NCBI GenBank assembly: GCA_964016885.1
Contig: OZ024743.1
Coordinates: 148,490,001 to 148,554,000 of the forward strand
DNA length: 64,000 nt
Direction: 5' to 3'
Source of the DNA: Eledone cirrhosa
Taxonomy: Eukaryota
Both the position numbers and the translations under genes were made by a program. Below the pieces are notes generated by a model that was given only the letters and a program-made list of their open reading frames with translations, made no database searches and was not told the DNA's origin. This document shows, in pieces, positions 1 to 12,269 of this stretch (its first letter is position 1; every line of letters begins with the position of its first letter).

Positions 1-316
1 GTTGACTTGTTATTCTTTTTGGTAAATAACATCTTGGTTAAGAGAGTGGGACTGGCTTTGTGCAGTGCCTTTGCTCGCTATAAAAGCTTCACGGCACAGG
101 CATTGCTTTATATCTGGAGATCTCTCTGCACTTGTCGTCACATGGTACCATGGGCCCAGCACTATGTGTCAATAATTGTCACAAGTGTAGTGTTTGTACC
201 AGAGTTTTCAAGTCGCTGGCTGGACTAAAAAGTCACACTCGTTCAGCGCATCGGTAGAGGTTCTCCTACTTGGATATAAAGTAGTGGCCGTACTCGAAAA
301 CGAGTTGGCAGCAACC
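1..316 (+). mobile_element. Non-autonomous RTE-5'UTR-like repeat, partial (family also at 6434-6617 and 29703-30316)
   Basis: Near-identical to 30000-30316 and ends GAGTTGGCAGC(A/C)ACC directly into (TA)n. No credible ORF. Confidence 0.7.
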
Positions 317-689
317 ATATATATGTATGTATGTAGATTTATATATATATGTATATATATATATATAGAGAGAGAGAGATTTAAATATATATATAGAGAG
401 AGATAGATAGATAGATTTATATATATATATATCTAGGTCAGTTATATATGTCTATATGTGTATATATATATGATTTTATAATTTATTTTGTTTGACCTGT
501 TTAGCTTGACTTGTTTTTTTTTTGGCTTAGGTGGTTAATGCCTTCTTGACCAGTTTTTTAGTTTGTATGGCGTTTTAACTTATGTTTAGCTCTGGTTTTT
601 TAAACTATGGAGCGCTTGCCAGCATAACTCTGATTTTGAGTTTCGTTTCGCTTTTTCTACCCGCCGAAATGCTATTCTCGCTGAATTTA

Positions 690-1038
<349 letters not shown>

Positions 1039-1547
1039 AACATAAATTATCGAGATTCGCATTTCGACCCACGAAATAACGAAAATCAACCTCCGAGATG
1101 TGCGGCAAGTGCTCAATGATTCAGATGAACCAGAGCTATAACAAAGGTTAAAGGCCAAACACCCTGAGACGATGGTTAAACAATCATTCGCATAGCCAAA
1201 AAAAAACGATCAAGTAATTCGGGTATTGAAAATTTACCCGGACCCCTGGAAGGTTGATAAAATCCAGTATATGGGTTTCTGCGACTCCTAAATCAAGTAC
1301 CGTCCGCTTACATAAATAATGTCAGGCTTCTGGTAAGATGATTGAACAAGGGAGCCTCTTTCTCAACAGGTTTTAGTTCAATATTAATACAAGGACTGAC
1401 TATTGCTGACCCCACGTGGGGATCGGAAAGGGAGGCAACCCCTATATCAGGCGAATAAAATCAGTTGTGTATATTTTTGCAAGAATGCAAAAAACATCAC
1501 AAATCGAATAGAGTTCTCAACAGAAAGGTTAAAATTTATGTATATAT

Positions 1548-2320
1548 ATATATATTGTTATATTTGGAGAGGGTCATATTGTTATAATATTGCCAGAAAT
1601 AATAATAAAACACACTCACTGTTTGGTTCGGTTGGTTTTCGCTTCTGTATCTTTTATATCTGCATAGTTAATTTATCTGGCAATCAATGTTTATCATTGA
1701 TTGACCAACGGTTAAAAATACAGATATAAATATATATATATATATATAGTAATAATAATAAATTTGAAGACTAACATCCAAATTAAACTTTAATCTGTTA
1801 TTTTAATAAATATATATATATATGGAGGAGGTTATAGGTCACGTGAAGCATTGTGTAATGAGGTATAAACGTTTGAATATGTATAATAAAGCCAATGCAA
1901 TGCAGGTATGGACATAGAATAAAGAATGCAAATGCAAAAGATATTGTTGACAATTAGTCTTTTACCTTAGATTTATTTAAATGTCCTGAACTACCACCTT
2001 AGATTTATTTAAATAAATAAATAAATCTAAGGTGGTAGTTCAGGACATTTAAATAAATATAAGGTAAAAGACTAATTGTCAACAATATCTTTTGCATTTG
2101 CATTCTTTATTCTATGTCCATACCTGCATTGTTTTGGCTTTATTATACATATTCAAACGTTTATATATATATTGTTTTATATATATATATAGACCATCAA
2201 AGTTCTTAGGCCACACATCTGTGACATCATCAGTGGTACTATTATGTTTCCTCCCATTGTACTTTAATGTGTACGCCATTTATATAACAATATTTGTTTC
2301 AACACACAATTTCATATAAA
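1548..2320 (-). mobile_element. Penelope pseudo-LTR-like fragment interrupted by a 300-bp palindrome, with a degenerate HHR at ~2194-2237
   Basis: 1548-1745 is the reverse complement of 38900-39090. 2190-2280 matches 38775-38870 (CTGATGA-T-GTCACA-GATG-TGTGGC, with GAAA mutated to CTAA). Confidence 0.65.
1864..2165. repeat. Near-perfect ~300-bp palindrome
   Basis: Arms TATAAACGTTTGAATATG...CCTTAGATTTATTT and AAATAAATCTAAGG...CATATTCAAACGTTTATA, centred at ~2014. Confidence 0.95.
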
Positions 2321-2339
2321 AAAACCTTGCAAAACAAAT

Positions 2340-3420
<1,081 letters not shown>

Positions 3421-4224
3421 TCTTTTAACCTAGCAAGAAGAATTTGCACAATTGTCTCCAATTATGAAACGCGAAATAAAAGACTTCAAGAATTAAAGGA
3501 AATTCTGCTCGAAAGACAGTACCCACCATTACTAATAAATAATGGAATAGAAAGGACTAAAGCAGTAGGCATTGATGAATTACGGAAACAGAAACAAATT
3601 CAAGTTACGTCCAATATTCTATCATATATCTCAACACACAACCCAAGAAATGCGGAAGCTTACAACACTATTCACAATAACATCCCACTACTAAAAAAAA
3701 ACCCAAGAATGAAAAAAGCCCTTGAAACACACAAAATAATCAAAAGCAAAAGACAACCAAAATCACTGAAAACATTACTCACCAATGCCAAATTACCTAC
3801 CACAAACCCACAACCAAGTATCAAAAAATGTGGTCGCTCTAATTGTGGAACCTGCACTCACCTCATTGAAGGCAACACGTATACATTTAAATCAGGACAA
3901 AATTTTACTGTAAAAAATCACTTCACTTGCTCATCAAAAAATCTACTTCATGCCATTAAATGTAAAGGATGCAATGAAGATTATATAGGACAAACTAAAC
4001 TCACACTCAGAAACAGAATGACAGTTCATCGCCAACAATTACGAGATCCAACCACGAGACAGATACCACTAAGTGCACATCTAGACATTTGCGCAAGTAA
4101 TAAGACACCCAAATTCCAAGTCTTCCCATTTTACCTTTGCGCTAACAATACAACAGAACAAATGCGAATAAATAAGGAAAATATGTTTATTCAAAAATAT
4201 AGACCAACATTAAATAAGGTCTAA
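3421..4224 (+). CDS. 5'-truncated Penelope-like ORF: RT C-terminal region, Cys-rich linker and GIY-YIG endonuclease
   Basis: [68 protein letters not shown], and a late E(NMFI). The ORF-track start at 3388 is microsatellite-derived. Confidence 0.88.
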   Translation, partial: SFNLARRICTIVSNYETRNKRLQELKEILLERQYPPLLINNGIERTKAVGIDELRKQKQIQVTSNILSYISTHNPRNAEAYNTIHNNIPLLKKNPRMKKALETHKIIKSKRQPKSLKTLLTNAKLPTTNPQPSIKKCGRSNCGTCTHLIEGNTYTFKSGQNFTVKNHFTCSSKNLLHAIKCKGCNEDYIGQTKLTLRNRMTVHRQQLRDPTTRQIPLSAHLDICASNKTPKFQVFPFYLCANNTTEQMRINKENMFIQKYRPTLNKV

Positions 4225-4428
4225 TATACATTATCACAACACCATAATATGACATACACACACACACATAACACCTTCTACTTTAGAAAATAAAAACCCG
4301 AACTAAATAAACCTTAACATACGTTTGCACTGACAATACAACAGCAAACACGAATAAGGAAAATATGTTCATTCAAAAATATTCCTACTAAAGGAATCAC
4401 TTTCCTACACACACACATACACACACAC

Positions 4429-4467
<39 letters not shown>

Positions 4468-5261
4468 TCTTCGTCTTAACATGCTAACTATACTCCCACA
4501 CACATAACACCCATACACACACATAACAGCCCCCACACCTACAACTCCCTCCCCATTTCTACTAATAGAACCACTTTCCTACACACATATATATACACAC
4601 ACACAAAATATATATTCTCTCCATCTTAACATACTCGCACACACACACATAACACCCATATACACACACACACGACTCCCTCCCCCATCTCTACTAATAG
4701 AATCATCTTCCAATACACACATACACACACACACACACACACATACACACACACAAGTACACAAATAAACATACATATCTTCACTTCAATAGAAAATCTG
4801 AAATCTGACACCCCAGCGAACTAACCATATTCACTGAACCAGAACAATTCTCCCAATCCCTTTTCTCTTGACCACTAACTTTCCATTGTCATAACATTCA
4901 CTATATAGACTACAGAATAGTTTTACAAATAAAGGCGCAAAAATGTAATGAAAACTTGTTCACGTGACAGCCAAATTTCATTTATAACCAACCAAAAAAA
5001 GCCTTTGTGAGCCTCCTTTTTTCAAGTAAAAAGAAATTCAAACACTCATATATGAAAAAAAAACCTGTGACAACCCCACCCCTCTTATTTGAAGAACTAT
5101 TGTAACGCGAACTGGCGCGAAATTTATTATAATTATTGACAAACCAATCAAATTACTTCTCGAAAAACCTGGCATTTCGAGCCACTTTTTCCATATAAAA
5201 CAAGTAACATTCAGAGACCAACCAGATGTGAGAAAAACCACAGACCCTCCATCTCAAGTCA

Positions 5262-5299
5262 CCTTTTGAAAAGCAGAAGAACTGCGAAACCGGTAAAGG
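5262..5299 (+). ncRNA. Minimal type I hammerhead ribozyme, U3-A8 variant, in the PLE 3' region
   Basis: CCTT-TTGAAAA-GCAG(AAGAA)CTGC-GAAA-CCG-GTA-AAGG. Stems I and II are perfect, and stem III is the palindrome ACCGGT. Confidence 0.8.
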
Positions 5300-5462
5300 A
5301 ACCAAATAAATATATATATTTTTTTTAAAAATAAGACTCCAGTTGCATTTTCGATTTCATCCCTTTTTCTTTATACTTTCACTCGTGTAGGACACCTCGG
5401 TTATTTTTCATTTTGTAAAAAAAAAAAAAAACCTCACTTTCTAATATATATATCTATATATA

Positions 5463-5787
5463 TCATCATCATCATCATCATCATTTCATTTTACGTCCGC
5501 TTTTCCCTGCTTGCAAGGGTGAGACGGGAACTGATTCTGGCTTGAATTCTACAGCTGGATGCCCTTCCTAACACCAACCTAATTTACAGTAAGTGCTGGG
5601 TGCTTTTGTGCCATGGCACCTCCACGACCACTTTGCAGTGGAATGATATGGACCTCAGCCCCTATCATCTCATTTTTAGAGCTGAGTAAACTGGAGCAAT
5701 GTGAAATAAAGTGTCTTGCTCAAGGAAACAATAGATCACCCGATCTGAGAATTGAACTGGGTGATGTGTTGTTTCCTTGAGCAAGAC

Positions 5788-5793
<6 letters not shown>
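5463..5793 (-). mobile_element. CORE-like SINE with RTE-derived tail, 5' truncated with a short inverted 5' segment
   Basis: Reverse complement of 16325-16600 with a (CAT)n tail. 5759-5793 is an inverted copy of the CORE start. Confidence 0.8.
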
Positions 5794-5875
<82 letters not shown>

Positions 5876-5879
5876 CATA

Positions 5880-5934
5880 GTACAGAATTAGCCGTCGAAA
5901 CGGCTTGAGCTCAGCCGTCGGGGTCTTACTTACT

Positions 5935-5938
<4 letters not shown>
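5880..5938. repeat. Short fragment of the PLE pseudo-LTR terminal segment inside (TA)n
   Basis: Matches 33453-33510 and the reverse complement of 39175-39235. Confidence 0.7.
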
Positions 5939-5973
<35 letters not shown>

Positions 5974-5974
5974 A

Positions 5975-6395
5975 TGGTGAGGAGGGTGATATTTGGACTT
6001 GGACACTGAAATACAAAGGGCAGAGGAACTCAGCAGAGTCAACAGCCATCCAAATGGTACTTTTTTCTTTTTTTTCTTCACCTGGGAGTGAAAAGCCCCC
6101 AGTTGTTACCACAACACCTTTCTAGGAGCGGGAATCTCTGAAAAAAAATCTGCGGTTTCGGAAGAATCTGATGATGTTGACCAGTTCACATTTTCGGGTA
6201 GTGTAGTGTTTTCGATGCTCAGAGAGTGGGGTTGGTCAAGTGCAAGGCCTTTACTCACTTAAAAATAATTCCAAGCACAGGCATTGCTTTTTCAGGATAG
6301 GTTACAGCTTTGTATGATTGGCTATAGCCTAAAAGTGCACGAAACACTATAAACCTCCCAGCAATTACAGTACTCTTAGCAGAGTTTGCAGCCAT
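5975..6395 (+). mobile_element. Diverged relative of the RTE-5'UTR-like non-autonomous family
   Basis: Shares GGTGAGGAGGGTGA, GAGTCAA..GCCATCCAAA, GCACAGGCATTGC and GAGTT.GCAGCCA with 29805-30316. Confidence 0.6.
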
Positions 6396-6433
6396 ATGTA
6401 TAAATATATATCATGTATGAATTCATGTATGTA

Positions 6434-6615
6434 TGTCGTCACATGGTACCATGGGCCCAGCACTATGTGTCAATAATTGTCACAAGTGTAGTTTTTGAAC
6501 CAGAGTTTTCAAGTCGCTGGCTGGACTAAAAAGTGACACTCATTCAGCGCATCGGTAGGGGTTCTCCTACATGGATATAAAGTAGTGGCCGTACTCGAAA
6601 ACGAGTTGGCAGCTA

Positions 6616-6617
<2 letters not shown>
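6434..6617 (+). mobile_element. 3' fragment of the RTE-5'UTR-like family
   Basis: Near-identical to 133-316. Confidence 0.75.
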
Positions 6618-6676
<59 letters not shown>

Positions 6677-6758
6677 TGGATATATATATATATAGGTAGG
6701 TTATTCCGGGTTGAATCGGAGGTAACCACAGTAAGTAAGGTACTCAATACATAGCAGA

Positions 6759-6918
6759 GTATAATTACCTCATTACCAGATGTTTCCCGAATAGGACTAA
6801 TACAAGAAACGTCCGCATTCGTTCATCAGACAAGGTAATTGCCTTGTCTGATGAACGAATGCGGACGCTTCTTGTATTCGTCTTATTCGGGAAACCTTTG
6901 GGAATGGGGTAATTATAC
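6759..6918. ncRNA. Head-to-head inverted pair of HHR-like motifs (- at ~6766-6829, + at 6848-6911)
   Basis: CTGATGA-A-CGAAT..GGACG..CGTC..ATTCG-G-GAAAC-stem III-GTA on each arm. Palindrome centre ACAAGGTAATTGCCTTGT. Stem I is weak. Confidence 0.6.
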
Positions 6919-6936
6919 CGTATTGTTTATTATACA

Positions 6937-7025
<89 letters not shown>

Positions 7026-7263
7026 TTATTCATGTATGTATATATATATCATCATCATTATCATCATCGTTTAACGTCTATCTTCCACGCTAGCTTATAA
7101 TATATGTATGTATTCATATATATATATATATATATTCATGTATATATATATATATATATATAAAATTAGAATTGGTGCTCTGAAATAGCGATATATATAT
7201 GAATGTATAAACAGTATATTTTGCAATACATTGTATGCTTAATTAAAAGCATTTCGAAGACAT

Positions 7264-7364
7264 TACGCTATTGTTTTAGAGTAGTGACAGTCTCACTTTC
7301 TTTAAATTTTCAGCAAACAGGAAACTGAATATTTAAAGTAAGTGAGACTCTAAAACAATAGCGT
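7264..7364. repeat. ~100-bp fold-back
   Basis: TACGCTATTGTTTTAGAGT...CTCACTT / AAGTGAGACTCTAAAACAATAGCGTA. Confidence 0.8.
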
Positions 7365-7406
7365 ATATATATATATATATATTCATGTATATATATATAT
7401 ATATTC

Positions 7407-7453
<47 letters not shown>

Positions 7454-7665
7454 TATATATATATATATATATATATTCATGTATATATATATATATATAT
7501 TCATGTATATATATATATATAATTCATGTATATATATATATATATTCATGTATATATATATATTCATGTATATATATATTTATATTCATGTATATATATA
7601 TATATATATATATATTCATAAATATATATATACATATATATATATATATTCATGAATATATATTC

Positions 7666-7710
<45 letters not shown>
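7365..7710. repeat. Compound (TA)n-TTCATG microsatellite
   Basis: Direct inspection. Confidence 0.95.
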
Positions 7711-7713
<3 letters not shown>

Positions 7714-8178
7714 GGAAAAAATGAAACGAAATTTCATTTCTCACTCTTAGTAGTGTTACTTAAATATAAGTATGTACACGTACATACATATATGTATACA
7801 GACGAACAGTAGTATGTATATATATAGACATACATGCAATATATATATGTAAGTATGGATTCACCGAACATTTATTATAATGCTCGGTGTGTTTGTAAAC
7901 AAACATCCCGTATTACGCCGTAGTGTCTAGCAACCATCGTTGCTCGTTTGTTCAACACTGACAAAGGAACGCTGCACAATTGTCAAGCTTATTAGCTATC
8001 GTCAGCAACGTATACCTTCCTGCCAGATTGTTGAACGTATATACTTACCTTATGCATATTAACGGCTGAGTAGCCCAATTTGCATATCGAGTGGGTTAAT
8101 CGGCCGGGTGCACCGAAAACGATAAACGGAAAAAATGAAACGAAATTTCATTTCCGACTCTTAGTACGGCTGTTACTT
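7709..8178 (-). mobile_element. ~420-nt HHR repeat family, copy X (about 1.1 monomers; degenerate HHR at 7969-8011)
   Basis: Direct terminal repeat AACGGAAAAAATGAAACGAAATTTC with a 414-nt period. The HHR GAAA is mutated to GACA. Confidence 0.8.
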
Positions 8179-8192
8179 ATATATATTCATGT

Positions 8193-8853
8193 ATAGTTAA
8201 TAAGCTTGAAACTAGTACAGCGTTCCTTTGTCAGTGTTGAACAAACGAGCAACGATGGTTGCTAGGCACTACGGCTTAATACGGGATGTTTGTTTACAAA
8301 CACACCGAGCATTATAATAAATGTTCGGTGAATCCATACGTACATATATATATATGTGCATGTATCTATATATATATACATACTACTGTACGTCTGTATG
8401 CATATGTCTGTATACATATGTGCGTGTACATACTTATATTTAAGTAACAGCCGTATAAGGGTGGGAAATGAAATTTCGTTTCATTTTTTCCGTTTCTCGT
8501 TTTCGGTGTACCCGGCCGATTAACCCACTCGATATGCAAATTGAGCTACTCAGCCGTTAATATGCATAAGGTAAGTATATACGTTCAACAATCTGGCAGG
8601 AAGGTATACGTTGCTGACGATTTCTAATAAGCTTGAAACTAGTACAGCGTTCCTTTGTCAGTGTTGAACAAACGAGCAACGATAGTTGCTAGACACTACA
8701 GCTTAATACGGGATGTTTGTTTACAAACACACCGAGCATTATAAAAAGTGTTCGGTGAATCCATACGTACATATATATATGTGTGCATGTATGTATATAT
8801 ATATACATACTACTGTACGTCTGTATACATATATGTATGTACGGGTACATACT

Positions 8854-8858
<5 letters not shown>
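8193..8858 (+). mobile_element. ~420-nt HHR repeat family, copy Y (about 1.5 monomers; HHR at 8608-8650)
   Basis: GAAACTAGTACAGCG at 8208 and 8635 (427-nt period). HHR reads ACGTTG-CTGACGA..GAAA-CTAG-TA-CAGCGT. Confidence 0.82.
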
Positions 8859-8891
<33 letters not shown>

Positions 8892-8923
8892 ATATATTCA
8901 TATATTATATATATATATATATA

Positions 8924-9120
<197 letters not shown>

Positions 9121-9140
9121 ATACATTCATGTATATATAT

Positions 9141-9632
9141 ATTAGAAAATAGAATAGCTTTCACCATATTTTTTACTAAAGAAATTTTAGCCTGATACCG
9201 GGGTTTAGAACCCTCAGATAAATGGAAAAAGATGAGTATTGACGTACATGGGAATCGAACCCATGTTCTAAACCCCATTATCAGGCTAAAATTTCTTTAG
9301 TCAAAAATACGGTGAAAGCTATTCTATTTTCTAATTTCAAACCATCTCACTCTTACAAAACATACTTATTAGTCATTTATACTCGCTAAGAATGTAGCTT
9401 CTAATTTGAATGGAAGGAGATGGGTGATGTGTTGGTGTAATGGTAGCACAGTGGTCTGGATAACCAAAGATGTGGGGTCGATTCCCATCTACATCAATAC
9501 TCATCTTTTTCCATTTATCTGAGGGTTCTAAACCCCATTATCAGGCTAAAATTTCTTTAGTCAAAAATACGGTGAAAGCTATTCTATTTTCTAATTTCAA
9601 ACCTGCTCACTGTTTCAAAACATACTTACTTG

Positions 9633-9634
<2 letters not shown>
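9141..9634 (+). mobile_element. tRNA-containing ~261-bp tandem unit (about 1.4 copies) preceded by an inverted partial copy
   Basis: TTCTAAACCCCATTATCAGG repeats at ~9266 and ~9526. 9141-9265 is the reverse complement of ~9470-9595. Confidence 0.75.
9426..9496 (+). pseudogene. tRNA-like cloverleaf (tRNA-derived; apparent anticodon loop CTGGATA)
   Basis: A box TGGTGTAATGG, D arm GTGT/GCAC, anticodon arm TGGT/ACCA, T arm GTGGG-GTCGATT-CCCAT, acceptor GATGT/ACATC. The inverted copy has a canonical GGTTCGATTCC. Confidence 0.65.
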
Positions 9635-9669
<35 letters not shown>

Positions 9670-9683
9670 TGTATATATATATA

Positions 9684-10062
9684 TGTTTCGTTTCTGAATT
9701 TGTTTAGCAAGATTCTTTATCTGAAATCGTGTGTTGAAACCGATATTGTTATACTTTGGGAGGGTCATGTTGCCAATAAGAAACACACGCACCAGTTGCT
9801 TTCACTTCAATTTATTATATATTTATAAATTTATAAATTTACAAATCTACAAACTTATAAATTTCTGGTTGGTTGGTTGGTTCCACAACCAGATAGTTGT
9901 TTATATATAGTCATAGGTCACACTCTGTGACCTCTTCAGTGACTGGGGATTCCTTTCTTTGTTTCTGTGCCTTTCCTTTCTTCTACCCTACGCCATTTTG
10001 TTTCTGTGTGTGTGTTGTGTGCTCAGTTTGCGCATGCGCCACATCCGGGTGTCTGTGTATTT
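9684..10062 (-). mobile_element. PLE pseudo-LTR-like repeat with an HHR lacking its GAAA segment
   Basis: Matches 33600-34022 and 36812-37032. On the minus strand, GTCA-CTGAAGA-GGTCACA-GAG-TGTGACC-TA-TGAC at ~9910-9943. Confidence 0.7.
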
Positions 10063-10159
10063 ATATATTCATGTATAAAGATAAATATATATCAAATATA
10101 TAAGAACCGTAGAGCAAATATTTATTAAAATAACAGATTAAAGTTTAAGCTAAGAATCG

Positions 10160-10952
10160 CTGCTTTCACCCTTAACGGGATCTTATGAAACTAAAAAAAG
10201 TCAATCTGTGAACGCAGATTAAATATTTCAAAAAACGTTGCAGCCGAAGGAAAACACCAAGACGATACTTTGGTTCGTGGAAACGTTCCATGGCAAAGAA
10301 CGGAAAAAAATAGTTACCTCTGTATTTTATTTACTTTATTCTTAACTCTGAACCCGAGAATCATTCGGTTTCCCAACTAGAATTTTAGTCTACGACTTCA
10401 GTTATACCATTTACGTGGTTTTGTTTTTGCGTTTAATTGTTCTCATTACTCCACATAATGACGTATTATCTTCGTTTTTTCCGTTTATTGCCAGAGAACG
10501 TCTCCATGAACTACCTAAGAGAATATTAGTCTATGACTTCATTTATACCATAAAGGTGGTTTTGTCTTTGCGTGTAATTGTTTTCACCGGACCAAATAAT
10601 GACGTATTATTTTCGTTTTTTTTCCGTTCTTTGCCAGGGAACATTTCCACGAACCAAAGTATCGTCTTCTTGTCTTCCTTCGGTTGCAACGTTTTTTTAA
10701 ATATTTACTTCTGCGTTCACAGATTGACTTGTTTTAGTTTCAGAAGATCCCGTAGTTTCAGAAGATCCCTTTCTCTGGCAATGTACGGAAAAAACGAAGA
10801 TAATACGTCATTATGTTACAATGAGAACAATTACACGCAAAGACAAAACCACGTCTATGGTATAACTGAAGTCGCAGACTAAAATTCTATCTAGGAAACC
10901 GAATGATTCTCGGCTTCAGAGTTAAGAATAAAATAAATAAAATACAGAGGTA
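10160..10952. repeat. Complex non-coding repeat: internal ~140-bp tandem duplication flanked by two inverted segments; second copy at 31740-31945
   Basis: 10160-10312 is the reverse complement of 10620-10750. 10770-10952 is the reverse complement of 10315-10500. TTAGTCTA(C/T)GACTTCA occurs twice. Confidence 0.75.
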
Positions 10953-11021
10953 TATATATATATAAACCCATGCTAACGTGGAAGATAGACGTTAAAGGAT
11001 GATGATATATATTCATGTATG

Positions 11022-11102
<81 letters not shown>

Positions 11103-11178
11103 ATACTTTGGGAGGGTCATGTTGCCAATAAGAAACACACGCACCAGTTGCTTTCACTTCAATTTAAATTCAGAAACG

Positions 11179-11223
<45 letters not shown>

Positions 11224-12269
11224 CATCAACATCACCATTTAACATCCATTTTCCCCCTATATATATATGTGTTTGTTTGTGTGTGTACATGTTCCTATTC
11301 ATGTATGTATTGATGTAAATGTATATATCACCATCATCAATATAATCATCATCACAATTTTGCACCTATTTTTCTGTGGCTCTACATATCACCTGTATCT
11401 ACACATTCCATTTTTATATAACTTTATGGCATTATTGTGATACCTGTGGCCCCACCGAGAAGGAGTGATGGGAGTAGGGTTCATATGATCGATAATGGGA
11501 GGAGGTAAGCTACATGTTCCTAGTCAATGGTGGGTGTGAAAAGAGAGGTGACCTAAAAAAGAGTGACTTCTAGCAGTACAGGTTATGGTACATTGGACTG
11601 TCTATGCTGTTCATGTTTGACTGAAGAAGAAGTATTCAGGAATGAGAGTATAAAGGTAGTGTTTGGTCATGTGGGTGGACTTGAAAAGGAGTGAGCAAAC
11701 AGTGTCTGTCAATACACTGGGGAGGTACATCCATCTTTCCATGCTCATATATATTAGGTGGGGAAGAAATAATGGTGGATGTGAATTGGAAAAGGGAGAG
11801 ACTATCTATGTCTGTGTGGAGGTTGAATATGAGAGAAGGGGTATATTTTTATGTGTGTGTGGTGGAGGAGACTAAAAACGGTTACACCTCTCTGCTTGCA
11901 TATCATTTCAATTGTGTGGGAAGGCAAGTTTCTAGCAGTATAGCATGTATATATATTTACATTCAAACATACAGTCATGTTTGTGTGTATATATATATAT
12001 GTGTGTGTGCGTGTATATATATATATAAAGAATTAGTATATCTAGTAACATATATATACACAGATGCATACTTATGCTAGCAAATATATAGGTTTTGTCT
12101 TAGTAACTTTGAGGTTCAAGGCGTCTCTCATATATATATATATATATATATTAATATATATATTAATATATATGCATACACAAATATTTGGGCATTCGTA
12201 TAGAGACATCAGAGCAGCAAGAAGCTTACCATAGATCCCATACTCCTGCACAACCTTCCACTATCAGAT

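Noticed and set aside
1390-1466. CTGA-CCCC/GGGG..GAAAGGG/CCCT hairpins resembling an HHR or HDV ribozyme
   Set aside because: The core is incomplete for either class.
7365-7710. Regularly interspaced TTCATG motifs suggestive of a CRISPR-like array
   Set aside because: The spacers are just variable (TA)n, so this is a compound microsatellite; there are no cas genes.
10340-10410. Hammerhead-like CTGAAGT...GAAAC on the minus strand (mirror at 10860-10925)
   Set aside because: A9 is absent and there is no stem I, so it is not called a ribozyme.
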